Counted from the stretch's first letter, positions 10,457 to 21,294 are shown. The stretch is DNA of 64,000 nucleotides from an uncultured Chloroflexia bacterium (GCA_963728205.1 CAVSIV010000004.1:32001-96000); one strand, 5' to 3'. A program made the numbers and translations. The notes: generated by a model not told the origin, from the sequence alone.

Positions 10457-11250
10457 TGCCGAGCGACACGCTGCGCTTCGAGGTCGACGATGGCGTCGCG
10501 CTGATCACGCTCCACCGCCCCGAGGCGCTGAACGCGCTGAACGCCGAGCTCGTGCGCGCGCTGATCGAGGCGCTGCACACGGTGCGCTCCGACGACGCGA
10601 TTCGCGTCGCGATCCTCACCGGCGAGGGGCGCGCGTTCAGCGCCGGCGCCGACCTCAAGGAGCGCGCGACGGGCGACAACCGCGGCGCCGGCAACAACTC
10701 GCCGGGCGAGTTCTTCGCCGCCGACCCGCCCGATGCCTACGCCACCTTCAACCCCGGCAAGCCGACCATCGCCGCAATCGGCGGCTTCTGCCTCGCCGGC
10801 GGACTCGAGCTCGCCCTCACCTGCGACGTCCGCATCGCCGCCGACGACGCGCGCTTCGGCCTGCCCGAGATCACGCGCGGCTTCTTCCCCGGCGCCGGCG
10901 GCCCGCAGCGGCTGCCGCGCATGATCCCGCAGGCGCTCGCCATGGAGATGCTGCTCACCGGCGACCCGATCGACGCGGAGCACGCGCTCCGCGTCGGACT
11001 CGTCAGCCGCGTCGTCCCGCGCGCGGAGCTGCTCGCCGAGGCGACGCGCATCGCGCGGCGCATCGCGTCGCACGCGCCGCTCGCCGTGCGCGCGGTGCGC
11101 GAGCTCGCCTACGCGACTGACGACCTCACGCTCGCGCAGGCGATGCGCTTCGGGGGGTCGCTGCGGTCGATCATCGGGCAGACCGAGGACGCGCTCGAAG
11201 GCCCGCGCGCCTTCGCCGAGAAGCGCGAGCCGAAGTACCGCGGCCGCTAG
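10456..11250 (+). CDS. Enoyl-CoA hydratase/isomerase family protein
   Basis: AFSAGADL, AGGLEL, FGLPE; TGATG coupling to the upstream gene. Confidence 0.92.
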   Translation: MPSDTLRFEVDDGVALITLHRPEALNALNAELVRALIEALHTVRSDDAIRVAILTGEGRAFSAGADLKERATGDNRGAGNNSPGEFFAADPPDAYATFNPGKPTIAAIGGFCLAGGLELALTCDVRIAADDARFGLPEITRGFFPGAGGPQRLPRMIPQALAMEMLLTGDPIDAEHALRVGLVSRVVPRAELLAEATRIARRIASHAPLAVRAVRELAYATDDLTLAQAMRFGGSLRSIIGQTEDALEGPRAFAEKREPKYRGR

Positions 11251-11334
11251 CCGCCGGGAGGCTGGCTTCGAGCGGCGCCTGCTCAAGTCGCTGCGCCGCA
11301 TGACGCGGGCGCCACGGGCGCGCGAGCGTGGGGG

Positions 11335-12009
11335 TCAGGGCTGCGCCGGCGGCTCGTCGATGTGGTGCAGCCGCATCGTGCGCGCGCGGTGGGCGTGGCG
11401 GCGCAGCGCGAGCAGGATCGGCTCGAAGAGCACGGTGCCGAGCACGGCCGACTTCACGGCGTCCGCACGCCCGTCGCGCAGATCCCGCAGATCCAGCCCG
11501 CGCGGGATCATCTCGAACTCGAACCGCGAGATCTCCCACGCCGCGCGCGCGTACGGCTCGAGCGAGCTGGCGGGGAAGTCGGCCCACGCGTAGCGCCGGA
11601 TCTTCAGCAGCGCGTCGGCGATCTCGCGCTCGAAGACGGCCTCGTCGCCCGGCGCCGTCCACGGGAGCGAGTCGAGGAAGGCACGCACCTCGGCGCGCGT
11701 CGCTCGCTCCTCGTCACTCTCGTCGGCGTCCGCGTGCTTCGCGTAGATCGCCTCGAACGCGACCTCGAGCGGGTGCGCCTCGCGGCCCGGCGCGTCGATG
11801 CCGCGCAGGACGTGGCGTGTGACCTCCACGCTCAGTCCGCCGACTTCGCGCAGCGCACGGATCAGGTCGAGCCGCTCGAGGTGTGCCTTGCTGTACTCCG
11901 CCTGGTTCGGGCCGCGTCGTTCGCCCGGCGGGAGCAAGTCCTCGCGGATGTAGAACTTGATCGACGAGATCGGCACGCCGGAGCGGCGGCTGAGCTCGGA
12001 GATACGCAC
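11335..12009 (-). CDS. MerR family transcriptional regulator
   Basis: RISELSRRSGVPISSIKFYIREDLLP HTH; GTG start after AAGGGG. Confidence 0.9.
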   Translation of the reverse strand: MRISELSRRSGVPISSIKFYIREDLLPPGERRGPNQAEYSKAHLERLDLIRALREVGGLSVEVTRHVLRGIDAPGREAHPLEVAFEAIYAKHADADESDEERATRAEVRAFLDSLPWTAPGDEAVFEREIADALLKIRRYAWADFPASSLEPYARAAWEISRFEFEMIPRGLDLRDLRDGRADAVKSAVLGTVLFEPILLALRRHAHRARTMRLHHIDEPPAQP

Positions 12010-12049
12010 GGGCCGGTCCCCCTTCGCGCCTCCGTAAGTCGGTTGCACA

Positions 12050-12064
12050 GATACTAGGAGTATC
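12050..12064. promoter_or_regulatory. Dyad GATACT-AGG-AGTATC, candidate operator upstream of the merR-family gene
   Basis: AT-rich palindrome about 40 nt upstream of the start, in a GC-rich background. Confidence 0.4.
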
Positions 12065-12138
12065 GAGCCCCGACGGATTGTCCGCGGAATGACACACTGC
12101 GCGATGCCGCAGATCCGCCGAGAGCGTCCCGCATCCCC

Positions 12139-13716
12139 TCAGAGCCCGTAGGCTGCGCCGTCCGCGCGCACCCACTCGCCGACCCGCTCGCCGATCATGA
12201 TCGACGTCAGGTTGGTGTTGGCTCGCGGCACGCTCGGCATGATCGACGCGTCCGCGACGACCAGCCCGTCGACGCCGTGCATGCGGCCGCGCTGGTCGAC
12301 GACCGCGCCGCCATCGCTCGCCGGCCCCATCTTCGCCGTGCCACACGGGTGGTAGCCGCTGCCGGCGAGCCGGCGCAGCAGCCGCGCGATGTCGTCGTCG
12401 GCGGGCTCGCCGCGCGAGGCGTCGGGGAACACGACGTGCGAGACGAGGTCGGCGAGCGGCCGCGTGCGCGTGAACGCGAGCGTGTCCTTGAAGCACGCGA
12501 CGAGCCGGCGGGTGTCGCGTTCGTCCTCGCAGAAGCGCTGCTCGATCACCGGCTTCGCGTGCGGGTCGGCCGACTCCAGGCGCACGGCGCCGCGGCCGTA
12601 CGACTGCTCGAGCACCGCCGCGATCGCGAGCGTGCCGCCGTCGGCCGTGCCGCCGTCGGCCGCGCCGCCGGCGCGCCGCGACGACCAGGTCAGCAGCTCG
12701 ATCTGCAGGTCGTTGCGGTGCTCGCTGCCGGGCGCCGTGTAGCGGAGGATCGTCTGGATCAGGGGCAGGCCCTCGTCGGCGACCGCGCCGTCCTTCACCG
12801 CGCACACGACCGACAGCGCGGGGTGGTCGCAGAGGTTCGCGCCGACGCCCGGCACGTCGCGCACGACGTCGACGCCGAGCCGCTCGAGGTCCGCGCGCGG
12901 ACCGAGCCCGGACCGCAGCAGCACCGCCGGCGACTGGATCGCGCCGGCCGAGAGCACGAACAGGCGTCCGCGCACCACCTCGACGGCGCCGTCGCGCTCG
13001 ACCTCCACGCCCGTGACGCGGCCACGCTCGACGATGAACCGCCGCGTGTGCGTGTCGCCGCGGATCTCGAGATTGGCGCGGATCCGCGCCGGCGCGAGGT
13101 ACCCGACGGCCGTGGAGACGCGCAGCCGGCCCAGCTTGTTCATCGGGTGCGGGCCCGCGCCCCAGCCGTCGGGGTCGTTGGCGTCGGGGCAATCGGGGTA
13201 GCCGAGCGCGCGCGACGTCTCGAGGAACGCCTGGTGCGAGGCGGTCAGCTCGTCCCACGGGTAGCGGCGGATCGTGATCGGTCCGGCGTCGCCGTGGTAC
13301 GGCCGGTCGCCGAAGTCCAGGTCGCGCTCGAGGCGCCGGAACGCGGGGAGGACGCGCTCCCACGCCCACTCGTCGTTGCCCTCGGCGGCCCAGCCGTCGT
13401 AGTCCTCCGGCATGCCGCGCAACGCGATGGTGGTGTTCACCGCGCTGGAGCCGCCGGTGACGCGGCCGCGCGGAAACGGACCGGATCGCCCCTCCGCCGT
13501 CGGCCGGTAGTCGAAGTGCCAGTCGTGGGCCTCGGTCGAGTTGTGGTGGCCGTTCACGAGGTCGTCCGGCGTGTCGCGCACGAGCGGGTAGTCCGGTCCC
13601 GCTTCGAGGAGCAGCACCGAGCAGTTGGGATCCTCCGAGGCCCGAGCGGCGATCACGGCCCCCGCCGACCCCGCGCCCACGATCACGACGTCGTACAGCG
13701 GCCCGCTCGCGTTCAC
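12139..13716 (-). CDS. GMC family oxidoreductase (choline dehydrogenase/MftG-like)
   Basis: GAGSAG, RGRVTGGSSAVN, YHPCGTAKMG, DASIMP..ANTN. Confidence 0.92.
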   Translation of the reverse strand: MNASGPLYDVVIVGAGSAGAVIAARASEDPNCSVLLLEAGPDYPLVRDTPDDLVNGHHNSTEAHDWHFDYRPTAEGRSGPFPRGRVTGGSSAVNTTIALRGMPEDYDGWAAEGNDEWAWERVLPAFRRLERDLDFGDRPYHGDAGPITIRRYPWDELTASHQAFLETSRALGYPDCPDANDPDGWGAGPHPMNKLGRLRVSTAVGYLAPARIRANLEIRGDTHTRRFIVERGRVTGVEVERDGAVEVVRGRLFVLSAGAIQSPAVLLRSGLGPRADLERLGVDVVRDVPGVGANLCDHPALSVVCAVKDGAVADEGLPLIQTILRYTAPGSEHRNDLQIELLTWSSRRAGGAADGGTADGGTLAIAAVLEQSYGRGAVRLESADPHAKPVIEQRFCEDERDTRRLVACFKDTLAFTRTRPLADLVSHVVFPDASRGEPADDDIARLLRRLAGSGYHPCGTAKMGPASDGGAVVDQRGRMHGVDGLVVADASIMPSVPRANTNLTSIMIGERVGEWVRADGAAYGL

Positions 13717-13782
13717 CTCGGCCTCCTTCGCCCCGCGCGAGTCTAAGGGGCGCCGCGCTCGCGACGCGCTATGCTCCCGCGC

Positions 13783-15369
13783 ATGCCCGCGTTCGATCTG
13801 CTCATCCGCGGCGGCACCGTCTTCGACGGCACGGGCGCCCCCGGGCGCACGGCCGACGTCGGCGTGCGCGACGGGCGCATCGCCGCGGTGGAGGCGCTCG
13901 GCGGCGCGGAGGCGGCGCGGGTGATCGACGCGGCGGGGCTCGCGGTCACGCCCGGGTTCATCGACACGCACGCGCACTCGGACGGCGCGCTGCTCGTCGA
14001 CCCGCAGCACGCCAACGGCATCCGCCAGGGCATCACGACCGAGATCGTCACGCAGGACGGGATGGGCTTCGCGCCGCTCGACGCCGACCAGTACCGCGCC
14101 CACCGCCGCTACCTGTCGGGCATTCTCGGCTTCCCGCCCGAGGACCTCGACATGTCGAGCATCGCCGCGCTCCGCGCGCACTACGACGGCCGCGTGGCGT
14201 GCAACGTGGGCGTGCTCGTGCCGCACGGGGCCCTGCGCTTCGCGGTCGCGGGCTTCCACGACGTCCCGCTGCGCGGCGACCTGCTGGAACGCGCGAAGCG
14301 ACTCGTGCGGGAAGGCATGGAGCAGGGCGCGCTCGGCCTGTCGACCGGACTCTCGTACTACCCGCAGTCGTACAGCGACACGGACGAGCTGGTCGCGCTG
14401 TGCGAGGTCGTCGCCGAGCACGGCGGGGTCTTCGTGATCCACGTGCGCAACCACAACGTCGACCGCGCCGCCGCCGGCGGCGGCGTCGGCGAGGCGCTGG
14501 AGGTCGGACGGCGGAGCGGCGTGAAGGTGCACGTCTCGCACTTCAAGACCGCGCCGGCGACGGCCGGCGGCGTCGACGCGCTGATGGCGCCGGTCGACGC
14601 CGCGAAGGCGGCGGGCGTCGACGTCACGCTCGAGTGCTATCCCTACCCGGTCGGCTCCACCGTGCCCGGCTACTTCCTCCCCGGCGCGCTGCACGAGGGC
14701 GGCGCCGACGCCCTGCTCGCCCGCCTCGCCACGCCGGCTGGCCGCGCCGCGGCAATCGAGGGCTTCCGCACGCTCTTCCCCGGCGCGCTCCAGACCGCCT
14801 GCTGGACGCACGTCGCGTCCGACGCCAACCGCGCACTGGAGGGCCTCGCCTTCACCGACGCCGCGGCGCTGCGCGGCCAGCAGATCGAGGAGATGGTGTG
14901 CGACGTGATGCGCGAAGAGCGCCTCGCGTGCGGATTCCGCTACATCCCGACCGGCAGCGTCGCGACCTGGCGCCGGCTCGACGACGACGTGATGCGCCTG
15001 CTCGACCGCGACGACTACATGGTCGGCAGCGACGCGATCCCGCACGGCGGCCTGCCGCACCCGCGCGCGTACGGCTGCTTCCCGCGCGTGCTCGGCCGGC
15101 TGCGGCGGCGCCACAGCGTCCCGCTCGAGCGGCTGCTCCCGCACGTGACGTCGATCCCGGCGCGGCGCTTCGGGCTCGCCGGGCGCGGCATGGTCGCGCC
15201 GGGTGCCGTGGCGGACCTGGTCGTGTTCGACCCGGAGCGGATCGTGGACCTGGCAACGTTCGAGGACCCGAAGGTGCACCCCGCCGGTATCCCGTATGTC
15301 GTGGTGAACGGGCGGCTTGCGGTGGAGGCGGAGGAGTGCACCGGCGTGCTCGCGGGGCGAGCGGTCTGA
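13783..15369 (+). CDS. N-acyl-D-amino-acid deacylase family protein
   Basis: PGFIDTHAHSD, GLSTGLSY, HPRAYGCFPR, ADLVVFDP. Confidence 0.9.
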   Translation: MPAFDLLIRGGTVFDGTGAPGRTADVGVRDGRIAAVEALGGAEAARVIDAAGLAVTPGFIDTHAHSDGALLVDPQHANGIRQGITTEIVTQDGMGFAPLDADQYRAHRRYLSGILGFPPEDLDMSSIAALRAHYDGRVACNVGVLVPHGALRFAVAGFHDVPLRGDLLERAKRLVREGMEQGALGLSTGLSYYPQSYSDTDELVALCEVVAEHGGVFVIHVRNHNVDRAAAGGGVGEALEVGRRSGVKVHVSHFKTAPATAGGVDALMAPVDAAKAAGVDVTLECYPYPVGSTVPGYFLPGALHEGGADALLARLATPAGRAAAIEGFRTLFPGALQTACWTHVASDANRALEGLAFTDAAALRGQQIEEMVCDVMREERLACGFRYIPTGSVATWRRLDDDVMRLLDRDDYMVGSDAIPHGGLPHPRAYGCFPRVLGRLRRRHSVPLERLLPHVTSIPARRFGLAGRGMVAPGAVADLVVFDPERIVDLATFEDPKVHPAGIPYVVVNGRLAVEAEECTGVLAGRAV

Positions 15370-15658
15370 CGGCTGCGATCGTCACCGCATCGGCCGGCCC
15401 GCGGCGGCTTCCCGGCCCGCCTCCGGATACCGCCTGACGACGCCGCCGGGCCTGGAGCGACCGGTGCCTCGTCCGCCCGCGTCCCCGGTCCCGCTCGGAG
15501 CGTGACAATCGTCACTTGCCCGCCGGGGCGCGTGGCCCGACAAGGAGCGTCCAAGGTCCCGGCCGTATTCGTCGCGCGTGCGGGGTGATGTCCTGCGCTC
15601 GCGGCGGCCTCCCTCGGCGGCCCGCCACTGACGTCCACTGGAATCACGAGGAGGCCCC

Positions 15659-16861
15659 ATGCCAGGGCTCACCGCTTCGCACCCGCGTCGACGCGCGCTC
15701 CTGCACTTCGTGCTGGGCGCAGGGGCCGTGCTGCTGCTCGGCGGCGGCTTCCAGCTCGTGAGCACGGCGTTCGCGCGGACGCCCACGCTCATCAGCGCCT
15801 GCTACCGCGTGGGCGGCGGGTCGAACGAGGGCGCCATGCGCCTCGTGAGCGCGTCGACCGCCTGCCGCAAGGACGAGTCGCTCGTCCAGTGGAACCAGGT
15901 CGGGCCGCAGGGCGAGGCCGGCCCGCAGGGTGACGCCGGGCCGCAGGGTGACGCCGGGCCTCAGGGCCCGAAGGGCCTGCCGGGCGAGCGAGGTGCGAAC
16001 GGAGCGCCAGGTCCGGCCGGGCCGCAGGGGCCCGACGGTGTGCAGGGCGTCATGGGCCTGCCCGGGACTCCCGGCGCGGCGGGCGCCACAGGGGCTCAGG
16101 GTCTACCGGGTCCGATGGGTCCCGCGGGGACGCTGGCCGCGCAGGGCTGCCCGGGAGGTCAGTTCGTCGTCGGCGTCGATCCGGGCGGGACGCTGATCTG
16201 CATGATGCCGGGCACACTCCCCGGCACGGGTGGTGGACCCGTCGTCCTGCTGGCAATCGAACAGCTCGGGTTGAACACGATCCTCGACGGCTCCGCGCTC
16301 GACTTCCGGGTGACAAACGTTGGCGACGTGACGGAGAGCTCGATCGCGGTCTCGCTCTCGGACATGGCGGCCTTCACCCTCTCGAGCAACACCTGCAGCG
16401 CGGCGCCGCTTGAGCCACACGGGACGTGCACGTTCACGGTGGCATTCAATGCATTGCCAGGGACGACGAGCGCCGACACGACGTTGACGGTGTCGCCCAG
16501 CGGCGGCGTGGCAGAGACGTTTGCGCTGCTCGGCGTCGTCCCGCGCGCGGTGCTGTTCCTCGACCCGGGTGGTGCGGGTGCGATGACGCCGGACGCGCCA
16601 GTTCACTTCATCCTGTCCAACACGGGGAACGCTCCCACAGGATCGCTCATCATCGGATCGCCCCATCCGCTGTTCTCGATGTCGAACAACACCTGCGCTG
16701 CCGGGCTTGCTCCGACAGAAGTGTGCTCGTTCGATCTGACATTCACTGCGCCGCCGACGGCGCCGCCGGGCGGCGTCACGTACTCGACACTCGTCGTCAC
16801 GCCGCGGGGCTCGGGTCAGGTGATCATCGCGGGGATTGGCGGTGTGTCGCCGTCGCCATAG
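15659..16861 (+). CDS. Secreted collagen-like protein with two C-terminal Ig-like (choice-of-anchor D-like) domains
   Basis: Signal peptide, about 25 Gly-X-Y triplets, two repeats of N.G...F.(L/M)S.NTC..L.P..C.F...F. Confidence 0.8.
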   Translation: MPGLTASHPRRRALLHFVLGAGAVLLLGGGFQLVSTAFARTPTLISACYRVGGGSNEGAMRLVSASTACRKDESLVQWNQVGPQGEAGPQGDAGPQGDAGPQGPKGLPGERGANGAPGPAGPQGPDGVQGVMGLPGTPGAAGATGAQGLPGPMGPAGTLAAQGCPGGQFVVGVDPGGTLICMMPGTLPGTGGGPVVLLAIEQLGLNTILDGSALDFRVTNVGDVTESSIAVSLSDMAAFTLSSNTCSAAPLEPHGTCTFTVAFNALPGTTSADTTLTVSPSGGVAETFALLGVVPRAVLFLDPGGAGAMTPDAPVHFILSNTGNAPTGSLIIGSPHPLFSMSNNTCAAGLAPTEVCSFDLTFTAPPTAPPGGVTYSTLVVTPRGSGQVIIAGIGGVSPSP

Positions 16862-16934
16862 TTGACGCGCGCCTGCGGGTGCCGCGCGCGCAACCGGCAC
16901 GTTCACCACGCGTCGCTCGAAGCGGACTCGGCGG

Positions 16935-18212
16935 TTAGCCGGCAGCGCTCGGGTGCGGGTGGGACTCCCGCACCGCGCCGTTGACCGGCGCGTGGCCGTT
17001 CGCCGACGGCGCTCGGCCGTTCGACTCCACGATGCGGATGCCCGCCTCGCTCGTCGGGTCGACGGCAAGGGTGGTGCTTCCGCGCAGCCAGTCGAGCATC
17101 GCGCCGCCGGCCAGCTCGCGGCGCCAGCCGCGCAGCAGCGGGAGGTCGGGCTCCTCCTGGTGGTCGCCCGTGAGCCACCACGCGACGAGCGTGTCGATGT
17201 CGCTGCGCGTCGCGACGAAGCGCGGCGCGATATTGGCGTCGCGGCAACCGGCCTGCACGATGCCGCTGAGGATCGCCGGCCAGGCGCGGCCGTACGGCGG
17301 CACCGCCGGGCGCTTCGGCTCGGCGGGCGGCGGGTCCTCGAGGCCCTCGTTGATCGCCTGCAGCAGCGCGCGGCCGTAGCGCTGCACCGTGCCCTCTCCG
17401 AGCCCGCGGACCTCGCGCATCGCGGCCTCGTCCTCAGGGGGACGACGGCAGAGTTCGAGCATCGTGCGGTCGTTCATGATCCAGGAGGGCGGCCGGTTGG
17501 CGCGCAGCGCCTCGCGCTCGCGCCAGGCCGCGACGGCGCGCAGCGCGCCCTGCGAGCGCCGGCGCAGGCCGTTCCAGCCGCGCACGCGCCGGTACATCTG
17601 CTCGGGCGGCACGCGCTCGGCCCATGTCTCCGCAAGCCGGTCCGACTCCTCGGCGACCCACGTCAGGCGCCCGCGCCCTTGGAGGTCGTTGCGCAGCGCC
17701 TGCCATACGCGCGGCAAGTAGCGCACGTCGTCCAGGGCGTAGTGGACCTGGTCCTCGGACAGCGGGCGGCGCGACCACTCCGTGAACTGCGCGCTCTTGT
17801 CGAGCCGCACGCCGCACACGCGCTCGACCAGTGCCGCGTATCCGACCTGGTCGCCCATGCCGAGGAACGCGGCGGCAATCTGCGTGTCGAAGACGTTCTG
17901 CCCGCGAATCGCGAACTGCTGGCCAATCAGCGCGAGGTCCGCCTGCCCGGAGTGCAGCACCGTGAGGATGTCGCCCTTGCCGACGAGCTGGAGCACCGGC
18001 AGCGGATCGACCCGCAGCGGATCGATGGCCGCGACCTGCGGCTCGTCGGTGTCGCCCCAGCCGACCTGCACGAGCGACAGCTCCGCGACGTAGCGGCCGT
18101 CGGTCATGAACTCCAGGTCGAGCACGAACTCACCCGCCGACTCAACCGCGGCAGCGATCTCTGCGACGCGGGCCTGATCGGTAACGGGATATTCGCCGGG
18201 ATCGAGGGTCAT
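16935..18212 (-). CDS. rnd: Ribonuclease D (3'-5' exonuclease plus HRDC domain)
   Basis: DLEF, FDTQIAAAFLG, WSRRPLS..YALDDV, WREREA HRDC. Confidence 0.88.
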   Translation of the reverse strand: MTLDPGEYPVTDQARVAEIAAAVESAGEFVLDLEFMTDGRYVAELSLVQVGWGDTDEPQVAAIDPLRVDPLPVLQLVGKGDILTVLHSGQADLALIGQQFAIRGQNVFDTQIAAAFLGMGDQVGYAALVERVCGVRLDKSAQFTEWSRRPLSEDQVHYALDDVRYLPRVWQALRNDLQGRGRLTWVAEESDRLAETWAERVPPEQMYRRVRGWNGLRRRSQGALRAVAAWREREALRANRPPSWIMNDRTMLELCRRPPEDEAAMREVRGLGEGTVQRYGRALLQAINEGLEDPPPAEPKRPAVPPYGRAWPAILSGIVQAGCRDANIAPRFVATRSDIDTLVAWWLTGDHQEEPDLPLLRGWRRELAGGAMLDWLRGSTTLAVDPTSEAGIRIVESNGRAPSANGHAPVNGAVRESHPHPSAAG

Positions 18213-18456
18213 TGCGTCTACGATACGACATCAGGCCATTAAGGCGGAGCACCGGCAGGCTTCACGGAGTCGGAGAGCGCACCAAACCTGTAGGGCGGCG
18301 AACAATCTGCACATGCGCATAAGCAGCAGCACCGACACGCATCGCGTGCGTTATCATCGATCCGCCGAACGTCCGCCGGGCGGCTCTGGACGCTCGACGT
18401 AGCCCGTACAATCCCCCGCGCCGCAACCACCCAGCCCGCCGCCGGAGGAATGCCCC

Positions 18457-19537
18457 ATGAAGGCCGCCGTGTTCCGCGAGGTGAAGCAGCCGCTGACCAT
18501 CGAGGACATCGAGATCGACACGCCACGCGACCGCGAGGTGCTCGTCCGAACCGTCGCGAGCGGCGTCTGCCACAGCGACCTGCACTTCATCGAGGGCCTC
18601 TACCCGATGAAGACGCCAGCGCTGCTCGGCCACGAGGCCGCCGGCATCGTGGAGCAGGTTGGCCCGAGACGTCACCGAGTTCAAGGCCGGCGACCACGTG
18701 ATTGCCTGCCTCTCGGTGTTCTGCGGCCACTGCGAGCGCTGCCTCAGCGGCGAAACGCACCTCTGCCGTAACCGCCCGGCGCGCGGCGCCGACGAGCCCC
18801 CGCGCCTGAGCACGCAGGGCCAGCCCGTGACGCAGTTCGCGAGCATCGGGTCGTACGCCGAGCGCATGCTGCTGCATGAGAACGGCATCGTGAAGATCGA
18901 CGACGACATGCCGTTCGCGCAGGCCGCGCTGATCGGCTGCGGCGTGACCACGGGCGTGGGCGCGGCGCTGAAGACGGCGAAGGTGGAGCCGGGTTCGACC
19001 GTGGCGGTGTTCGGCGCCGGCGGCGTCGGCCTGTCCGCGATCCAGGGCGCCCGCATCGCCGGCGCGCGCATGATCATTGCCGTCGACATGGTCGAGCACA
19101 AACTCGCCACGGCCCGCGAGCTCGGCGCCACGCACGCCGTCGACGCATCGATCCAGGACCCGGTGGACAAGATCCGCGAGCTCACCGGCGGCGGCGTCGA
19201 CTACTCGTTCGAGGCGATCGGCCTGAAGAAGGTCGCCGAGCAGTGCTTCGAGGCGATCCGGCCGGGCGGCACGGCGACGATCATCGGGATGATCCCCGTC
19301 GGCGAGAAGGTCGAGATCCCGGGCTCGGCGCTGCTCAGCGAGAAGAAGCTGCAGGGCAGCAGCATGGGCTCGAACTCGTTCAAGGTGGACATGCCGAAGT
19401 ACATCGAGCTGTACCGCCAGGGCCGCCTGCGGCTCGACGAGATGGTGACGAAGCGGGCGCCGCTCGAGGACATCAACAACCGTTTCACCGCGATGAAGAA
19501 CGGCGAGGTCGCGCGCAGCGTGATCATGTTCGAATAG
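18457..19537 (+). pseudogene. Zn-dependent alcohol dehydrogenase with one +1 frameshift near 18667, probably a sequence error
   Basis: GVCHSD and GHEAAG in the first frame; CGHCERC..C and GAGGVG in the second. Confidence 0.9.
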
Positions 19538-19635
19538 GCCGGAGCGCGAGGCGCCGGGGTGTTGGGCCCCTGCGCGTCTCGAGGCGGCGTCATGAGGGGC
19601 GGCTCTGCAGGCCGCCCCTCTGTCCGCCCTCCCCC

Positions 19636-20094
19636 GCGGCGGCAGACACGCCGCCGATACCATCGCCGGCATCCGCCGGCGCCCACAGCGGCGGCAGACA
19701 CGCCGCCGACACCATCGCCGGCATCCGCCGGCGCCCACAGCGGCGGCAGACACGCCGCCGACACCATCGCCGGCATCCGCCGGCGCCCACAGCGGCGGCG
19801 GACACGCCGCCGATACCATCGCCGGCGTCCGCCGGCGCCCACAGCGGCGGCAGACACGCCGCCGACACCATCGCCGGCACCGCCGGCGCCCACAGCGGCG
19901 GCAGACACGCCGCCGACACCATCGCCGGCATCCGCCGGCGCCCGCAGCGGCGGCGGACACGCCGCCGACACCATCGCCGGCATCCGCCGGCGCCACAGCG
20001 GCGGCAGACACGCCGCCGACACCATCGCCGGCACCAGCCGGCGCCCACAGCGGCGGCAGACACGCCGCCGACACCATCGCCGGCACCAGCCGGC
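19636..20094 (+). repeat. Tandem array of 9 units of 51-52 bp, each carrying the REP-like palindrome
   Basis: Unit GCGGCGGCAGACACGCCGCCGACACCATCGCCGGCATCCGCCGGCGCCCACA starts at 19636, 19688, 19740, 19792, 19844, 19895, 19947, 19998, 20050. Confidence 0.95.
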
Positions 20095-20107
20095 CGGAGG
20101 ACCGCAG

Positions 20108-21283
20108 ATGACCACCGTCGACGTCGAGATCCAGGGCCACTGCACGCCGGGCTTCGAGCCGGTCCGCGAAGCGTTCGTGCGCAACTTCGCCGATCACGGC
20201 GACATCGGCGCGTCCGTCGCCGTCGTGCAGGACGGCGAGCGTGTCGTCGACCTCTGGGGCGGCCACGCGAACGCCGAGCGCTCGCGGCCGTGGACGCGCG
20301 ACGAGATCGTGAATGTCTACTCGACGACCAAGGGCATCACCGCCCTCTGCGCCCACATGCTCGCCGACCGCGGACAGCTCGACTTCGATGCGCCGGTCGC
20401 GCGCTACTGGCCGGAGTTCGCGCAGGCCGGCAAGGAGTCGATGCCGGTGCGCTACCTGCTGACGCACCAGGCGGGCCTGCCGGTCGTCGACCGGCCGCTG
20501 CCGCGCGGCGCGACGCTCGACTGGGACCTCATGGTCGACGCGCTCGCCGCGCAGCGTCCGGTGTGGGAGCCGGGCACGCGGCACGGCTACCACACGGTCA
20601 CCTACGGGTGGCTCGTCGGCGAGGTCGTGCGCCGCGTGAGCGGCAAGCGCATCGGCGCGTTCCTGCGCGACGAAGTGACGAGCCCGCTCGGCGTCGACTT
20701 CTTCATCGGCACGCCGGCCGAGGAAGACCACCGCGTCGCCGATACGGTGAACCCGCCGCGCCCAACGGGCGGCGGGGCGGAGCCGCCGGTGCCGGCCGTC
20801 GATCCGGAGTCGCTGGCGTTCCGCTCCAACCTGCCGGGGACGAGCAAGCCGGGCGTCGGCGTGAACGGACGCGAGTACCGCGCGGCCGAGGTCCCCGCCG
20901 GCAACGGCCACGGCAACGCGCGGGCACTGGCGACAATCTACGGCGCGCTCGCGCGCGGTGGCGAGATCGACGGCGTGCGGCTGCTCAGCCCGGCGGCCGT
21001 CGAGCGCGCGGCCGCCGAGCAGGCCAGCGGGCCCGACGCGGTGCTCGGCATGCCGTCGCGCCGCTCGCTCGGGTTCATGCTGCCGATGCCGGAGCTGGGC
21101 GACCCGCGCGGCCCGCGCGCGTTCGGCCACGCGGGACGCGGCGGCTCATACGGCTGGGCCGACCCCGAGGCGAAGATCGGCTTCGGCTACGCCATGAACC
21201 AGATGTGGCCCGGCGGGCCGTCCACGCCGGACCCTCGCGCCGGCCTGCTGGCGCGCGCGGTCTACGAGTCGCTGGGCCTCTAG
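20108..21283 (+). CDS. Serine hydrolase, beta-lactamase/EstB family (paralogue 1)
   Basis: SxxK (STTK), LLTHQAGL, GYH, FGHAG; GGAGG RBS. Confidence 0.92.
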   Translation: MTTVDVEIQGHCTPGFEPVREAFVRNFADHGDIGASVAVVQDGERVVDLWGGHANAERSRPWTRDEIVNVYSTTKGITALCAHMLADRGQLDFDAPVARYWPEFAQAGKESMPVRYLLTHQAGLPVVDRPLPRGATLDWDLMVDALAAQRPVWEPGTRHGYHTVTYGWLVGEVVRRVSGKRIGAFLRDEVTSPLGVDFFIGTPAEEDHRVADTVNPPRPTGGGAEPPVPAVDPESLAFRSNLPGTSKPGVGVNGREYRAAEVPAGNGHGNARALATIYGALARGGEIDGVRLLSPAAVERAAAEQASGPDAVLGMPSRRSLGFMLPMPELGDPRGPRAFGHAGRGGSYGWADPEAKIGFGYAMNQMWPGGPSTPDPRAGLLARAVYESLGL

Positions 21284-21294
21284 CCGTCACCAAC

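Noticed and set aside
12139-13716. Mycofactocin gene cluster
   Set aside because: The GMC enzyme is generic; no mftA precursor, mftB or radical SAM gene is in the window.
19636-20094. CRISPR array
   Set aside because: The sequences between palindromes are near-identical rather than unique spacers; no cas genes or AT-rich leader.
19559-20107. Long N-terminal extension of the serine hydrolase
   Set aside because: It is read-through of the stop-free repeat array; a GGAGG RBS marks ATG 20108.
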